Source: Candidatus Thorarchaeota archaeon (GTDB taxonomy: Archaea > Asgardarchaeota > Thorarchaeia > Thorarchaeales > Thorarchaeaceae). Taken from it: a DNA stretch of 14,942 nucleotides. Shown one piece after another: positions 6,445 to 14,942 of this stretch. The notes beneath the pieces are model-generated. The model did no database searches, had not been told where the DNA came from, and was given only the letters and a program-made list of their open reading frames with translations. Each line of letters starts with the position of its first letter. Position 1 is the first letter of the stretch. The DNA lies in assembly GCA_019057475.1 (NCBI GenBank), contig DXJO01000035.1, forward strand, positions 1 through 14,942. Direction: 5' to 3'. Position numbers and translations under genes: made by a program.

Positions 6445-7650
6445 TCATCTATGCATCAGCTGAAGAACATCCCCGTCCTTCAACGGATAGTTAAGGCCCA
6501 CCTGTCTTCGTTTAATCTTGTCATTATCTCGGATTATGATAGCAGTACGAAATCGCTCCACGAAGAGTTCCTTGTGGACCTTCATCGCTGCATCCTCAAC
6601 TACTGACCCCTCCGGAAGAACAATGGGCTTCATTTCACGTTTCTTGCCTGGTATCTTGGTATATACTCGCAGTATGTCTAGATGTTCATAGAGCGCCCAG
6701 CTCATTCCATCAAGGTTCTCTCCTTTCTCTGCAGAGATAGGGACTATGTCAAATCTCTCACCATACTTATCCTGCAGCTCTTCGAACCTTTCCTCAGAGC
6801 CCGGAGTGTCTCCTTTTGTTGCAATCACAAGGGCGCGAACGTATGCGACGCTTGCGTCCATTGCATCCACGAACTGCTGGAATGTGGCCGGCTTCTGTAA
6901 ACGCACAATGATGTTTGTTACTCTTCGTGCTTCGAGGTATTCATACAGTTCTTCCTTGTTGCCTTGGTAGTTTTGCACTCCATATATCATGAGCCCTCCT
7001 AATCCGACCCTCTCCACTCTTACAGCAGTCTTCTCTTTGTTAAGTCGTATTCTAGCACGGTTCAGCTCTTCAAGTAAAACCATCATCTGAGCATCTATGT
7101 CTCTTGAAAGGTCTATTAATAGAGCAATGCAGTCGGTGTTTCTCGCAACGCCAAGAGCTTGTCTACCGATGCCTGCTTCATGACTTCCTGCAAAAATACC
7201 AGGCAGCTCAATTAACTGGATGTTGATATCTTCAAGTGTGAGCATCGCAGGTGTTGGGATGGGTGTTGTGAACGGATAGTCCCCCACATCAAACTCAGCG
7301 TTCGTGACCGCGTTTATCAATGATGATTTTCCACAGTTTGTCACGCCGATTAGACAGATTTGACCTGCTCCCTCCTTTCTGATGACTCCCTCTTCCGCTC
7401 CCGCACTGCCTCGACGGGTGCGTTCTTGATCCTTCCTCTTCTCGACTTCTGCCCTCAGTTTAGCAAGCTTCTTCCGATAGTCCCCTCTCATCCGCTCTGC
7501 GCCCTTGTGCCTAGGCGCGAGACTGATGAGCTTCTGAAGTTCTATTATCCTCTGTTCCAGACTCTTGGTATCTTCATAGATCTGCCTTTGCTTATCGAAT
7601 TCGGGAGTAACATTGGTCGGCAGCAGAATCACGCTCGGTTTAATGCTCAT
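6445..7650 (-). CDS. DRG/Rbg-like OBG-family GTPase with C-terminal TGS domain
   Basis: PRHKGAE, G1 GVTNCGKS, G2 YPFTT, G3 ELPG, G4 TKGD, G5 ISA; TGS domain RVYTKIPG...DGDVLQL. Confidence 0.9.
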   Translation of the reverse strand: MSIKPSVILLPTNVTPEFDKQRQIYEDTKSLEQRIIELQKLISLAPRHKGAERMRGDYRKKLAKLRAEVEKRKDQERTRRGSAGAEEGVIRKEGAGQICLIGVTNCGKSSLINAVTNAEFDVGDYPFTTPIPTPAMLTLEDINIQLIELPGIFAGSHEAGIGRQALGVARNTDCIALLIDLSRDIDAQMMVLLEELNRARIRLNKEKTAVRVERVGLGGLMIYGVQNYQGNKEELYEYLEARRVTNIIVRLQKPATFQQFVDAMDASVAYVRALVIATKGDTPGSEERFEELQDKYGERFDIVPISAEKGENLDGMSWALYEHLDILRVYTKIPGKKREMKPIVLPEGSVVEDAAMKVHKELFVERFRTAIIIRDNDKIKRRQVGLNYPLKDGDVLQLMHR

Positions 7651-7695
7651 ATAGCAATCGGATGGTCGTTTTATGAAGATTTCTTCAAGACCACA

Positions 7696-8262
7696 TTACA
7701 GTTGGTCACAATACAGGTTGATATCCAAAATGAAGCGTTCAGGATGAGGAGGGCGGGGAAGTAGGTTTCCCGGGATATTGATGATCAAGTCTGTCAAAGC
7801 TGTACTAGTCAGCTCATAGAGGAATAATCCTTGCGGGCGAACATCCACTTGTTTCGGTTGAATGCTTGGGTCAAGAAATGACACATAGATTCGAGATGGT
7901 TCCCATCCCTGAAGTAGATCTGTGGCATTCGTTCTCTGAACCACAATGCCATTGTCCATCCTCTTCTTGCTACCCAGCGGCAACTCTCGAAGCACATTCA
8001 TGGCTTTCAGAAGGAAAAAGGAAATCGACCGTTCATCTGGCGAAACGCGCTTCAGGTCGCGCCCGGGGTATGTCACAACTCCTAGATCTTCTGGCTGACC
8101 GACTGCAAGGCTAACCTCTACATTCCTCCTCAGGTCACCTGAAACAAAGAGTCCCACGTTTACACATCTGCACGCGGTCACGACTTCCGGGCTATTCTGA
8201 CCGGATTTAACAGACACGACGTCTATAGGTAACCTTTCAAAGAAAATCAAAAAGCGGCGCAT
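7696..8262 (-). CDS. trmY: TrmY-like (tRNA pseudouridine-54 N1-methyltransferase) protein, C-terminally divergent
   Basis: N-terminal MRRFLI, CRCV..GLFVSGDLRRNV and VSPDERS match TrmY; the usual FVLGDH/ISLGP knot motifs are not recognisable. Confidence 0.65.
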   Translation of the reverse strand: MRRFLIFFERLPIDVVSVKSGQNSPEVVTACRCVNVGLFVSGDLRRNVEVSLAVGQPEDLGVVTYPGRDLKRVSPDERSISFFLLKAMNVLRELPLGSKKRMDNGIVVQRTNATDLLQGWEPSRIYVSFLDPSIQPKQVDVRPQGLFLYELTSTALTDLIINIPGNLLPRPPHPERFILDINLYCDQL

Positions 8263-8292
8263 TGTTTCATCAGGACCTTATTATTCCGGGAG

Positions 8293-9642
8293 CTACTGCA
8301 TCCCATCCAGTCCAGGTAGGCCAGGTATTCCGCCGCCTCTTCTTCCTCTACGCTGCTTTCCCATCGTTTTCATCATCTTCTTCATCTGATTGTACTGCTT
8401 CAGTAGGTCTCTCACATCTCTGGTAGCCGTGCCAGATCCCATTGCGATGCGCTTAAGCCGTGAGGATTTGAGAAGTTTGGGATTGTCGAGTTCTTCTTTT
8501 GTCATAGAGTTCATTATGACTTCGAAGCGCTCCAAGTTCTCCTCCTGAATCTCGGCGACATTATCAGGCAGTTTGTACTGCAAACCCAGCATCTCCATGA
8601 CTTTTCCAATCGGCCCCATCTTCTTCAATTGCTTGAGTTGGGCCATCATATCAGTCAAGGTGAATTGCCCCTTCATCAGGCGCATGGCAGCGTCTTCATC
8701 GATCTCAATCTGCGCTTCTCGAACCTTCTCAATAAGGCCCTTGATGTCAGACATGCCCAGCAGTCTACCTGCAAACTTGGTTGGATTGAAGGGCTCCAAG
8801 GCGTCCATCCCTTCACCTGTGCCGATGAACTTGATTGGCGCTTGTGTGGCTGCCGCTGCTGATAGCGCTCCACCACCTTTTGCGCTGCCATCGAGCTTGG
8901 TTATTACAATTGAGCCAATATTGGTCGCTTTCTTGAACGCTGCAGCCTGTGAGCCTGCTTGTTGTCCAAGTGTTCCATCTATGACGAGAATTATCTCCTG
9001 AGGCTTCACAGCTTTGGAGATACTTTTCATCTCTTTGATGAGACTAGTTTCCTCTCGATGCCGTCCTGAAGTGTCCAGAAGAATGAGTTCGATGCCTCGT
9101 TTCCTCATCTCGCTAAAGCCCTTCTTTGCGAGCTTGACAGCATCCTTTCCATTCTCATCGCCCCAGAATGGGATGTTGGACATCTCTGCCAGCTGCTTGA
9201 GCTGACTGTAGGCACCTGGACGGAAATTATCGGCGCAAATGACTCCGGTCTTAATGCCCCTTTTTTGGTAGTATCGTGCAAGCTTGCCAATTGTCGTTGT
9301 CTTACCAGAACCCTGAATTCCAACTAGCATTACCAAATTCGGTTTTCCCGGATTAATGGTCAGTGGTACGGCTTTCTCGCCAAGGAAGTAGGCAAGGGTA
9401 TCCCATACGACCTTAACGATATGCTCACGACGGGACACACCTCTGGGAAGATTCTCGTCTAGTGCCTGCTTCTCCACCCTCTTTGTGATGCCCATCACCA
9501 GATTCACATCTACATCTGCCACCAACAGCGCTCGTTGAATATCCTTCACAAGCTCCTTGACAAGATCCTCGTCTATGACGCCAGCGCCAAAGAGGCGTTT
9601 AAGAGCCGAATTCAAAGACTTTCCAAGACCGTCTAGGACCAA
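8293..9642 (-). CDS. srp54: Signal recognition particle protein Srp54
   Basis: GIQGSGKTT, DTSGRH, TKLDGSAKGGGALS, Met-rich M domain (IMNSMT.EE...SRLKRIAMGSG). TTG start with GGTGA SD. Confidence 0.97.
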   Translation of the reverse strand: MVLDGLGKSLNSALKRLFGAGVIDEDLVKELVKDIQRALLVADVDVNLVMGITKRVEKQALDENLPRGVSRREHIVKVVWDTLAYFLGEKAVPLTINPGKPNLVMLVGIQGSGKTTTIGKLARYYQKRGIKTGVICADNFRPGAYSQLKQLAEMSNIPFWGDENGKDAVKLAKKGFSEMRKRGIELILLDTSGRHREETSLIKEMKSISKAVKPQEIILVIDGTLGQQAGSQAAAFKKATNIGSIVITKLDGSAKGGGALSAAAATQAPIKFIGTGEGMDALEPFNPTKFAGRLLGMSDIKGLIEKVREAQIEIDEDAAMRLMKGQFTLTDMMAQLKQLKKMGPIGKVMEMLGLQYKLPDNVAEIQEENLERFEVIMNSMTKEELDNPKLLKSSRLKRIAMGSGTATRDVRDLLKQYNQMKKMMKTMGKQRRGRRGGGIPGLPGLDGMQ

Positions 9643-9801
9643 TTTTCTTCACCAAACCAACTTGGTGCGGTCTGGACAGTTTCCATATCAACTTTCTCCT
9701 ATATGGAATATGCCTTGGCTGGAACTCCTGCGAAGCACTTGATGAAAGCAAAATGCCTAAAACTGCATGACCTACATCTAGAACACAAGCAGGTGGTCTG
9801 T

Positions 9802-10290
9802 GTGGCAGGGAAAAAGAAGAATGAAACGATTAGAATCGTCAAGATAACAGACGGGACAGTAATTGATCACATAAGCGCTGGTCATGCTCTTGAGGTTTTG
9901 GAGATATTGGGAATTACCGGGAAGGAGGGCAGCGTTGTTACACTCGCCATGAACATCAGTAGCTCCAAAGTTGGAAGAAAGGATATCGTCAAGCTAGAGA
10001 AGCGTGTCTTAGAGCAGTCTGAGCTGGCCAAGATTGCATTGGTAGCTCCTGACGCAACAATCAATATCATACAGGACGGAGAAGTTGTCAAGAAGACAAG
10101 AGTGGAACTCCCCGATAGCATAACGAACGTAGTTGCGTGCCCCAACAAGAGGTGTGTCACCAACAAGGAGCGGGAGCCCATACATGCCAAGTATCAAGTA
10201 GTGTCAAAGCGTCCGACAGTGCTCAAATGTCAATATTGTTGGACCTTGATTGAAGAGGCCGATATAATAGCTCAGTTCATGGAACACTGA
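9802..10290 (+). CDS. pyrI: Aspartate carbamoyltransferase regulatory chain
   Basis: GTVIDHISAG, KDIVKLE, Zn ligands CPNKRC and CQYC. Start reassigned to GTG 9802 (GGTGG upstream). Confidence 0.95.
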   Translation: MAGKKKNETIRIVKITDGTVIDHISAGHALEVLEILGITGKEGSVVTLAMNISSSKVGRKDIVKLEKRVLEQSELAKIALVAPDATINIIQDGEVVKKTRVELPDSITNVVACPNKRCVTNKEREPIHAKYQVVSKRPTVLKCQYCWTLIEEADIIAQFMEH

Positions 10291-10407
10291 AGGTGTAAGT
10301 GACATTTTCCACAGCATTTTCCCTTGCATACTGGAACAGATGCTTTGCAAACGCTTTTTAGCGAAATTTCAGCAGACAGCTCGAACCACGACTGCTGAGT
10401 GAATCTC

Positions 10408-10731
10408 ATGGTTAGCGATAAGATTGCTGTAATAGGTGATAGGGACACTGTCACCGGTCTTCGAATGGTGGGAGCCACCCAACATTTCATGCCCAAGTCT
10501 CCCGAGGAAACTCGCAGTAAGCTGCTTGAGTACTTCAGAGACCCAAAGATGGGGCTGATTATCATAACTGAGCCCCTTGCCAAAATGGTTGAAGACACGA
10601 TCCTTGAACTCTCAGAAGCTCCTGTACCAGTGATTCTATTGATACCGGATAGATACGGGCCAACTGGCGAGTATGAAACGATATTGAAGGAGCTTATACG
10701 CAGAGCGGTTGGCATTGAGATTAAAATATAG
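10408..10731 (+). CDS. atpF: A/V-type ATP synthase subunit F
   Basis: KIAVIGDRDTVTGLRMVG, GLIIITE, LIRRAVGIEI. Confidence 0.93.
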   Translation: MVSDKIAVIGDRDTVTGLRMVGATQHFMPKSPEETRSKLLEYFRDPKMGLIIITEPLAKMVEDTILELSEAPVPVILLIPDRYGPTGEYETILKELIRRAVGIEIKI

Positions 10732-10756
10732 CACAGTGATTCCAGAGGAGCTAGCA

Positions 10757-12565
10757 ATGAAGCCTGACATCGGATATATCGAGAACATCGCAGGGCCTGT
10801 CATCAAGGCGAGTGGCCTCCCCTCGGTTCGCATGTATGAAGTAGTTCGAGTGGGCAAAGAGCAGCTCATCGGCGAAGTGATTGAAGTAGGAGAACATTTC
10901 TGCATTATCCAGTGCTATGAAGAAACATCAGGCATAGCTCCTGGGGAACCAGTTGCTGCAACTGGGGATACACTATCAGTGGAACTCGGCCCCGGCTTGC
11001 TTGGGGCCATTTATGATGGCATACAAAGACCCCTGCCAGAGTTGAAAGAAATTTCAGGCGATTTCATCTCAAGGGGACTCACAGTCGAGGGTCTTGATAA
11101 GGAGAAGAAGTGGAGCTTCACTCCTACGGTTAAGGTTGGCGCGAATGTTATTTCCGGGGATATAATCGGCGAGGTTCCAGAAACTGGAATAATCACTTCC
11201 AAGATCATGATCCCCCAAGGTATAGAGGGGGAGATAGTCGAGATTGTTGCGAAGGGAGAGTACACAGTAATTGAAACAATCTGCAAAGTCAAAGACAAGC
11301 GTGATACAGTTCTTGAAGTCATGATGATGCAGAAGACACCCGTACGTGTAGGACGCGCCTTCAAAGAACGAGTTGCGTTCGATACCCCCCTTCTCACCGG
11401 GCAGCGAGTAATCGATACTTTCATGCCTCAAGCAAAAGGCGGCACAGGAGGGATTCCTGGGGGATTCGGAACTGGCAAGACTGTCACTCTGCATCAATTT
11501 GCGAAATGGGCCGATGCCCAAGTCGTTGTCTATGTTGGTTGCGGCGAGCGCGGCAATGAGATGACCGAGGCTCTTGAGGAATGGCCTAAATTGAACGACC
11601 CTCAGAGTGGAAAGCCTCTGATGGATCGCACAGTCCTTATCGCGAATACATCCAACATGCCTGTTGCTGCTCGAGAGGCGTCAATTTACGTTGGCGTAAC
11701 CATTGCTGAGTACTTTAGGGACCAGGGTTTTGATGTTGCACTCATGGCTGACTCCACTTCACGGTGGGCTGAAGCACTCCGCGAGATATCTGGTCGTCTG
11801 GGCCAGCTACCATCAGAAGAAGGCTATCCTGCCTATCTTGGGTCGAGGCTTGCACAGTTCTACGAGCGTGGTGGTAGAGTCAAGCCCCTTGGTTCCGATG
11901 ATCGGCTTGGATCGATCACAATCTGTGGTGCTGTGTCACCACCTGGCGGCGACTTCTCAGAACCGGTTACTCAGGCCACACTCAGAATTGTCAAGGTATT
12001 CTGGGCTCTGGACAAAGACCTCGCTGCTCGGCGCTTCTTCCCAGCAATCAACGTGCTGACTAGCTATTCTCTCTATCACATTACACTCGAGAAATGGCAC
12101 AAGGAAAACCTGGGTCCTGACTGGCCAGAGGTAGTGAGGGATTCCTTGGCACTGCTCCAAAAGGATCAAGAGCTGAGGGAGATTGTGCAACTTGTGGGGC
12201 CTGATGCACTACCCGAATCTGAACGAGCGGTCCTTGAAGCGGCTCGGATGATTAAGGAGGATTTCCTAACCCAAAGCGCCCTACATGAGATAGACACCTA
12301 TTGCCCCATAGGGAAGACTTACCGGATGCTGCGTACGATCATGAAGTTCTCCAAACAAATGGCGGCTGCAGTAAAGCTGGGTGTGAGTGTAAGGCGGATT
12401 CTGGAGTTCAGTGTTCTCGATAATATCGCCCGAATGAAGACTCTACCTTGGGACTCCTATGAAGGAGCAATTGACGCCATAGAAGACAAGATTGATCGGG
12501 AGTTCCAGTCGCTATTCACAGAACCTGATGGTTCTGGAGTGTTAATGCCCGGCGTCGTAGAGTGA
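10757..12565 (+). CDS. atpA: A/V-type ATP synthase subunit A
   Basis: IAGPVI, Walker [33 protein letters not shown]; no intein. Start ATG 10757 after GAGGAG. Confidence 0.98.
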   Translation: MKPDIGYIENIAGPVIKASGLPSVRMYEVVRVGKEQLIGEVIEVGEHFCIIQCYEETSGIAPGEPVAATGDTLSVELGPGLLGAIYDGIQRPLPELKEISGDFISRGLTVEGLDKEKKWSFTPTVKVGANVISGDIIGEVPETGIITSKIMIPQGIEGEIVEIVAKGEYTVIETICKVKDKRDTVLEVMMMQKTPVRVGRAFKERVAFDTPLLTGQRVIDTFMPQAKGGTGGIPGGFGTGKTVTLHQFAKWADAQVVVYVGCGERGNEMTEALEEWPKLNDPQSGKPLMDRTVLIANTSNMPVAAREASIYVGVTIAEYFRDQGFDVALMADSTSRWAEALREISGRLGQLPSEEGYPAYLGSRLAQFYERGGRVKPLGSDDRLGSITICGAVSPPGGDFSEPVTQATLRIVKVFWALDKDLAARRFFPAINVLTSYSLYHITLEKWHKENLGPDWPEVVRDSLALLQKDQELREIVQLVGPDALPESERAVLEAARMIKEDFLTQSALHEIDTYCPIGKTYRMLRTIMKFSKQMAAAVKLGVSVRRILEFSVLDNIARMKTLPWDSYEGAIDAIEDKIDREFQSLFTEPDGSGVLMPGVVE

Positions 12566-12715
12566 AACGAGTCTTCAGCAGTTTACTAGCAAGTGTACTG
12601 GCGTTTATCATCAGGGAGCACATTAAAATTGTGAGATGAATTGGGTAGAGATATTGAGAGGTCTGTCTTTAGTGGTGAATATATTCCAATATTGCGACGC
12701 ACACCCGTGAGGTCC

Positions 12716-13228
12716 ATGGATCCATCCAATACAGCTTACCATGTGCTCCAACAACCCATGTTTGACGGGCCATTCGCATCTTGGTCGGACTTCATCAGCT
12801 TTGTATTGAATATCACGTTCGCCCTCTCGATTCGTGGATACTTGATTTTCGTGCTTATCGGACTCATGATATACATGACCGGACTCAGCGATGGTCTGAG
12901 CAAGACACTGGTTATCATAGGAATTGCATTGTATCTACTAAGCCCTTTCATCTTGGGTATCCTTGTGGAAGTGGCTGGTGTGATCCCAATCACTCTGGAG
13001 AGCGCAACTTACGCTTGGATAAGCTTGGTCGGCATAGCTGACAACGAGCTGATTGCACTCCTTGTTTTCTTGGGAGATGCATTAATGGCCCTCTGCATAT
13101 TGATTGGAGCCATCTTGTACTTCACCCCTACATCAAACGACCTTACGGCAAGAGGGCAGTCACTGATAGTTCGAGCCTTGATATTTGCTCCAGTCCTTGT
13201 GTTCTTTCATTTGTCGCCATGGCTCTGA
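12716..13228 (+). CDS. Membrane protein with two tandem TrbC/VirB2 pilin-like helical hairpins, inserted between atpA and atpB
   Basis: Two similar repeats: IFVLIGLMIYMTGLSDGLSKTLVIIGIALYLLSPFI and LCILIGAILYFTPTSNDLTARGQSLIVRALIFAPVL. Start uncertain (12641 TTG, 12716 or 12758 ATG). Confidence 0.6.
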   Translation: MDPSNTAYHVLQQPMFDGPFASWSDFISFVLNITFALSIRGYLIFVLIGLMIYMTGLSDGLSKTLVIIGIALYLLSPFILGILVEVAGVIPITLESATYAWISLVGIADNELIALLVFLGDALMALCILIGAILYFTPTSNDLTARGQSLIVRALIFAPVLVFFHLSPWL

Positions 13229-13319
13229 AGAAATGTGACTTGTAGTACGTAACTCTTAAAACATCACATCTTCTACGAGCTTCAAACGGGTTATTTGACC
13301 TCCGTTGGTGCTTCCTCCG

Positions 13320-14720
13320 ATGACAAAGGAGTCTTCAATTGTCTACCGCACGGTTTCAGAGGTACGTGGTCCTCTCCTAATTGTGAAACACACACACAAC
13401 GTCGGATACAACGAGGTAGTCAAGATTAGATCTCCAAGCGGAGAGATGCTGACAGGGACCGTCCTTGAAACTGGTCGTGGAAAGGCAATCATCCAAGTGT
13501 TCGAAGGAACCCGAGGTCTTGATACAGATAAGACTGCCGTACGATTCACCGGTGACACATTGAAACTACCGGTTTCAACGGAAATTCTTGGGCGTGTTTT
13601 GGATGGCTCTGGAAACCCTCTGGACAAAGGCCCGCCGCTCACGGCTCAGGACCACAGGGACATCAACGGTTCCCCAATCAATCCATATGCGAGACAATAC
13701 CCCCGGCAACCGATTCAGACTGGATTGTCAGTCATTGATGGACTCAACACTCTAGTCAGGGGTCAAAAGCTTCCCATTTTCTCTGGCTCTGGCTTACCAC
13801 ACAACCGGATTGCAGCACAGATTGTTAGACAGGCCGAGATTCCTGGGGAAAAGAGCGATTTTGCCATTGTATTCGCAGCAATGGGCATCACAGCGACTGA
13901 GGCACAGTTCTTCATGAATTCCTTTGAGGAAACTGGTGCACTCGAGCATACCGCACTCTTCCTCAATCTCGCAAATGACCCTGCGATTGAGCGAATAATA
14001 ACGCCACGTGCAGCACTGACTGCAGCAGAACATCTGGCATATGAGGCGGATTTGCACGTTCTCGTGATTCTTACGGATATGACTAACTACGCGGAAGCTC
14101 TTCGCGAGATTAGCGCAGCAAGGTCTGAGGTTCCTGGCAGGCGTGGTTACCCTGGTTATCTCTATACGGATCTTAGCATGATTTACGAGAGAGCCGGAAG
14201 GATTAGGGGCAGAAAAGGGACAGTCACTCAGATGCCAATTCTCTCAATGCCACAGGATGACATGACTCATCCAATCCCCGACCTTAGCGGGTACATCACT
14301 GAAGGACAAATGATTGTTGCCCGTGATCTTCATAGACGCGGCATCTATCCGCCAATTGATCCGGGTCCATCATTGAGCCGCCTGATGAAGGAAGGCATTG
14401 GCAAGGGTATGACACGCTTTGATCATAAGGAGCTTCAAGCACAGCTCTACTATGGATACTCTGAAGGAAGGGATTTCCGAGACCTCGTTGCAGTAGTAGG
14501 CTCTGAGGCTCTCACAGACCGAGATCAGAAGTACCTTGCATTCGCAGACAGGTTCGAGCAAGAGTTCATCAATCAAGGTGATCACGAGAATCGATCCTTT
14601 GAGGAAACCCTTGACCTTGGATGGGACCTTCTGAGTGAATTTTCCGAGAGGGAACTGAAGAGATGCGATACCAAGACGATAGATTGGGCGCGGGAGCGGG
14701 GCGTATACGCTCCCTCGTAA
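13320..14720 (+). CDS. atpB: A/V-type ATP synthase subunit B
   Basis: [52 protein letters not shown]. Confidence 0.98.
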   Translation: MTKESSIVYRTVSEVRGPLLIVKHTHNVGYNEVVKIRSPSGEMLTGTVLETGRGKAIIQVFEGTRGLDTDKTAVRFTGDTLKLPVSTEILGRVLDGSGNPLDKGPPLTAQDHRDINGSPINPYARQYPRQPIQTGLSVIDGLNTLVRGQKLPIFSGSGLPHNRIAAQIVRQAEIPGEKSDFAIVFAAMGITATEAQFFMNSFEETGALEHTALFLNLANDPAIERIITPRAALTAAEHLAYEADLHVLVILTDMTNYAEALREISAARSEVPGRRGYPGYLYTDLSMIYERAGRIRGRKGTVTQMPILSMPQDDMTHPIPDLSGYITEGQMIVARDLHRRGIYPPIDPGPSLSRLMKEGIGKGMTRFDHKELQAQLYYGYSEGRDFRDLVAVVGSEALTDRDQKYLAFADRFEQEFINQGDHENRSFEETLDLGWDLLSEFSERELKRCDTKTIDWARERGVYAPS

Positions 14721-14893
14721 ATCTCTGTGATTGCTAGCCGTTACCCGAAACCTCGACAATCCTAGACATCAAGGTCCTGAACTGATGTTCGGTTCCTGCT
14801 TCATCGAGGTTGCTTTTTGTTAATTCCGAAGAATTAACTGGAAGTCTTACGTCCTCTCCACGGGCATTTTACGTCCCCGGCCAACTGACGGTA
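14721..14893 (-). ncRNA. IS607-type TnpB omegaRNA-like element, copy 2: complete scaffold 14893-14738 plus putative guide 14737-14721; no tnpB C-terminus in the 49 nt visible upstream
   Basis: Minus strand: TACCGTCAGTTGGCCGG...AATGCCCGTGGAGAGGACGT...GTTAATTC-TTCG-GAATTAAC...CCTCGATGAAGCAGGAACCGAACATCA...TGATGT...GGTAACGG then CTAGCAATCACAGAGAT. 5' CCGT can pair with the terminal ACGG; it ends in GG like IS607 ends; the cUUCGg tetraloop supports the minus strand. Confidence 0.75.
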
Positions 14894-14942
14894 GAGTCAT
14901 CCTTGGACTTGGTTCTCGTCCTGGACTGACACTACATGTACA

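Noticed and set aside
8263-8292. CTGATGA..AAC on the minus strand resembling a hammerhead core or C box
   Set aside because: No supporting stems or D box; the gap is only 30 nt.
9703-9801. N-terminal extensions of PyrI (and similarly of L35Ae, AtpA and AtpB) in the ORF track
   Set aside because: Downstream starts have SD-like motifs and match family lengths.
10303-10398. CATTTTCC direct repeat resembling part of the omegaRNA core, and the TCAGCAG/CTGCTGA inverted repeat
   Set aside because: Only one partial motif without the other conserved blocks; within chance expectation.
428-14759. Numerous 60-160 aa antisense or alternate-frame ORFs overlapping identified genes
   Set aside because: Shadow ORFs of well-supported genes, with no motifs.
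1-14893. Composite transposon or integrated element bounded by the two direct-repeat copies
   Set aside because: The enclosed genes are core housekeeping genes, the copies are substantially diverged, and there is no transposase or integrase.
1-14942. CRISPR array, rRNA, tRNA, inteins
   Set aside because: No regularly spaced repeats or RNA gene signatures seen; AtpA and AtpB are of normal length.

Overview
Archaeal chromosomal window of mostly housekeeping genes, most likely from an Asgard archaeon such as Thorarchaeia (inferred from eL33/L35Ae, an SRP54 with a eukaryote-type DTSGRH motif, a split A-type ATPase and frequent TTG/GTG starts). In order: LipS1-type radical SAM lipoyl synthase subunit, a membrane protein, rpl35ae, a membrane protein, deoxyhypusine synthase, two small membrane proteins, rpl10e, trmJ, a DRG/TGS GTPase, a degenerate trmY, srp54, pyrI, atpF, atpA, a tandem TrbC/VirB2-pilin-like gene and atpB. 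The most interesting signals are non-coding. (1) A dispersed family of minus-strand structured RNAs resembles the IS607/IS605 TnpB right-end (omega/re) RNA scaffold but has no tnpB next to it: two clear copies at 1-101 and 14738-14893 with a compensatory-changed hairpin, and a probable degenerate third copy at about 4949-5062. (2) A well-formed dual-guide box C/D sRNA (1885-1957, minus) has guides matching LSU rRNA helices 69-71 and predicts 2'-O-methylation at the position equivalent to yeast Am2256; an extra K-loop follows it. (3) An unidentified structured RNA candidate of about 165 nt (3059-3226) has a K-loop and a terminal hairpin followed by ACA. All assignments come from reading the sequence and recalled motifs; no searches were run.
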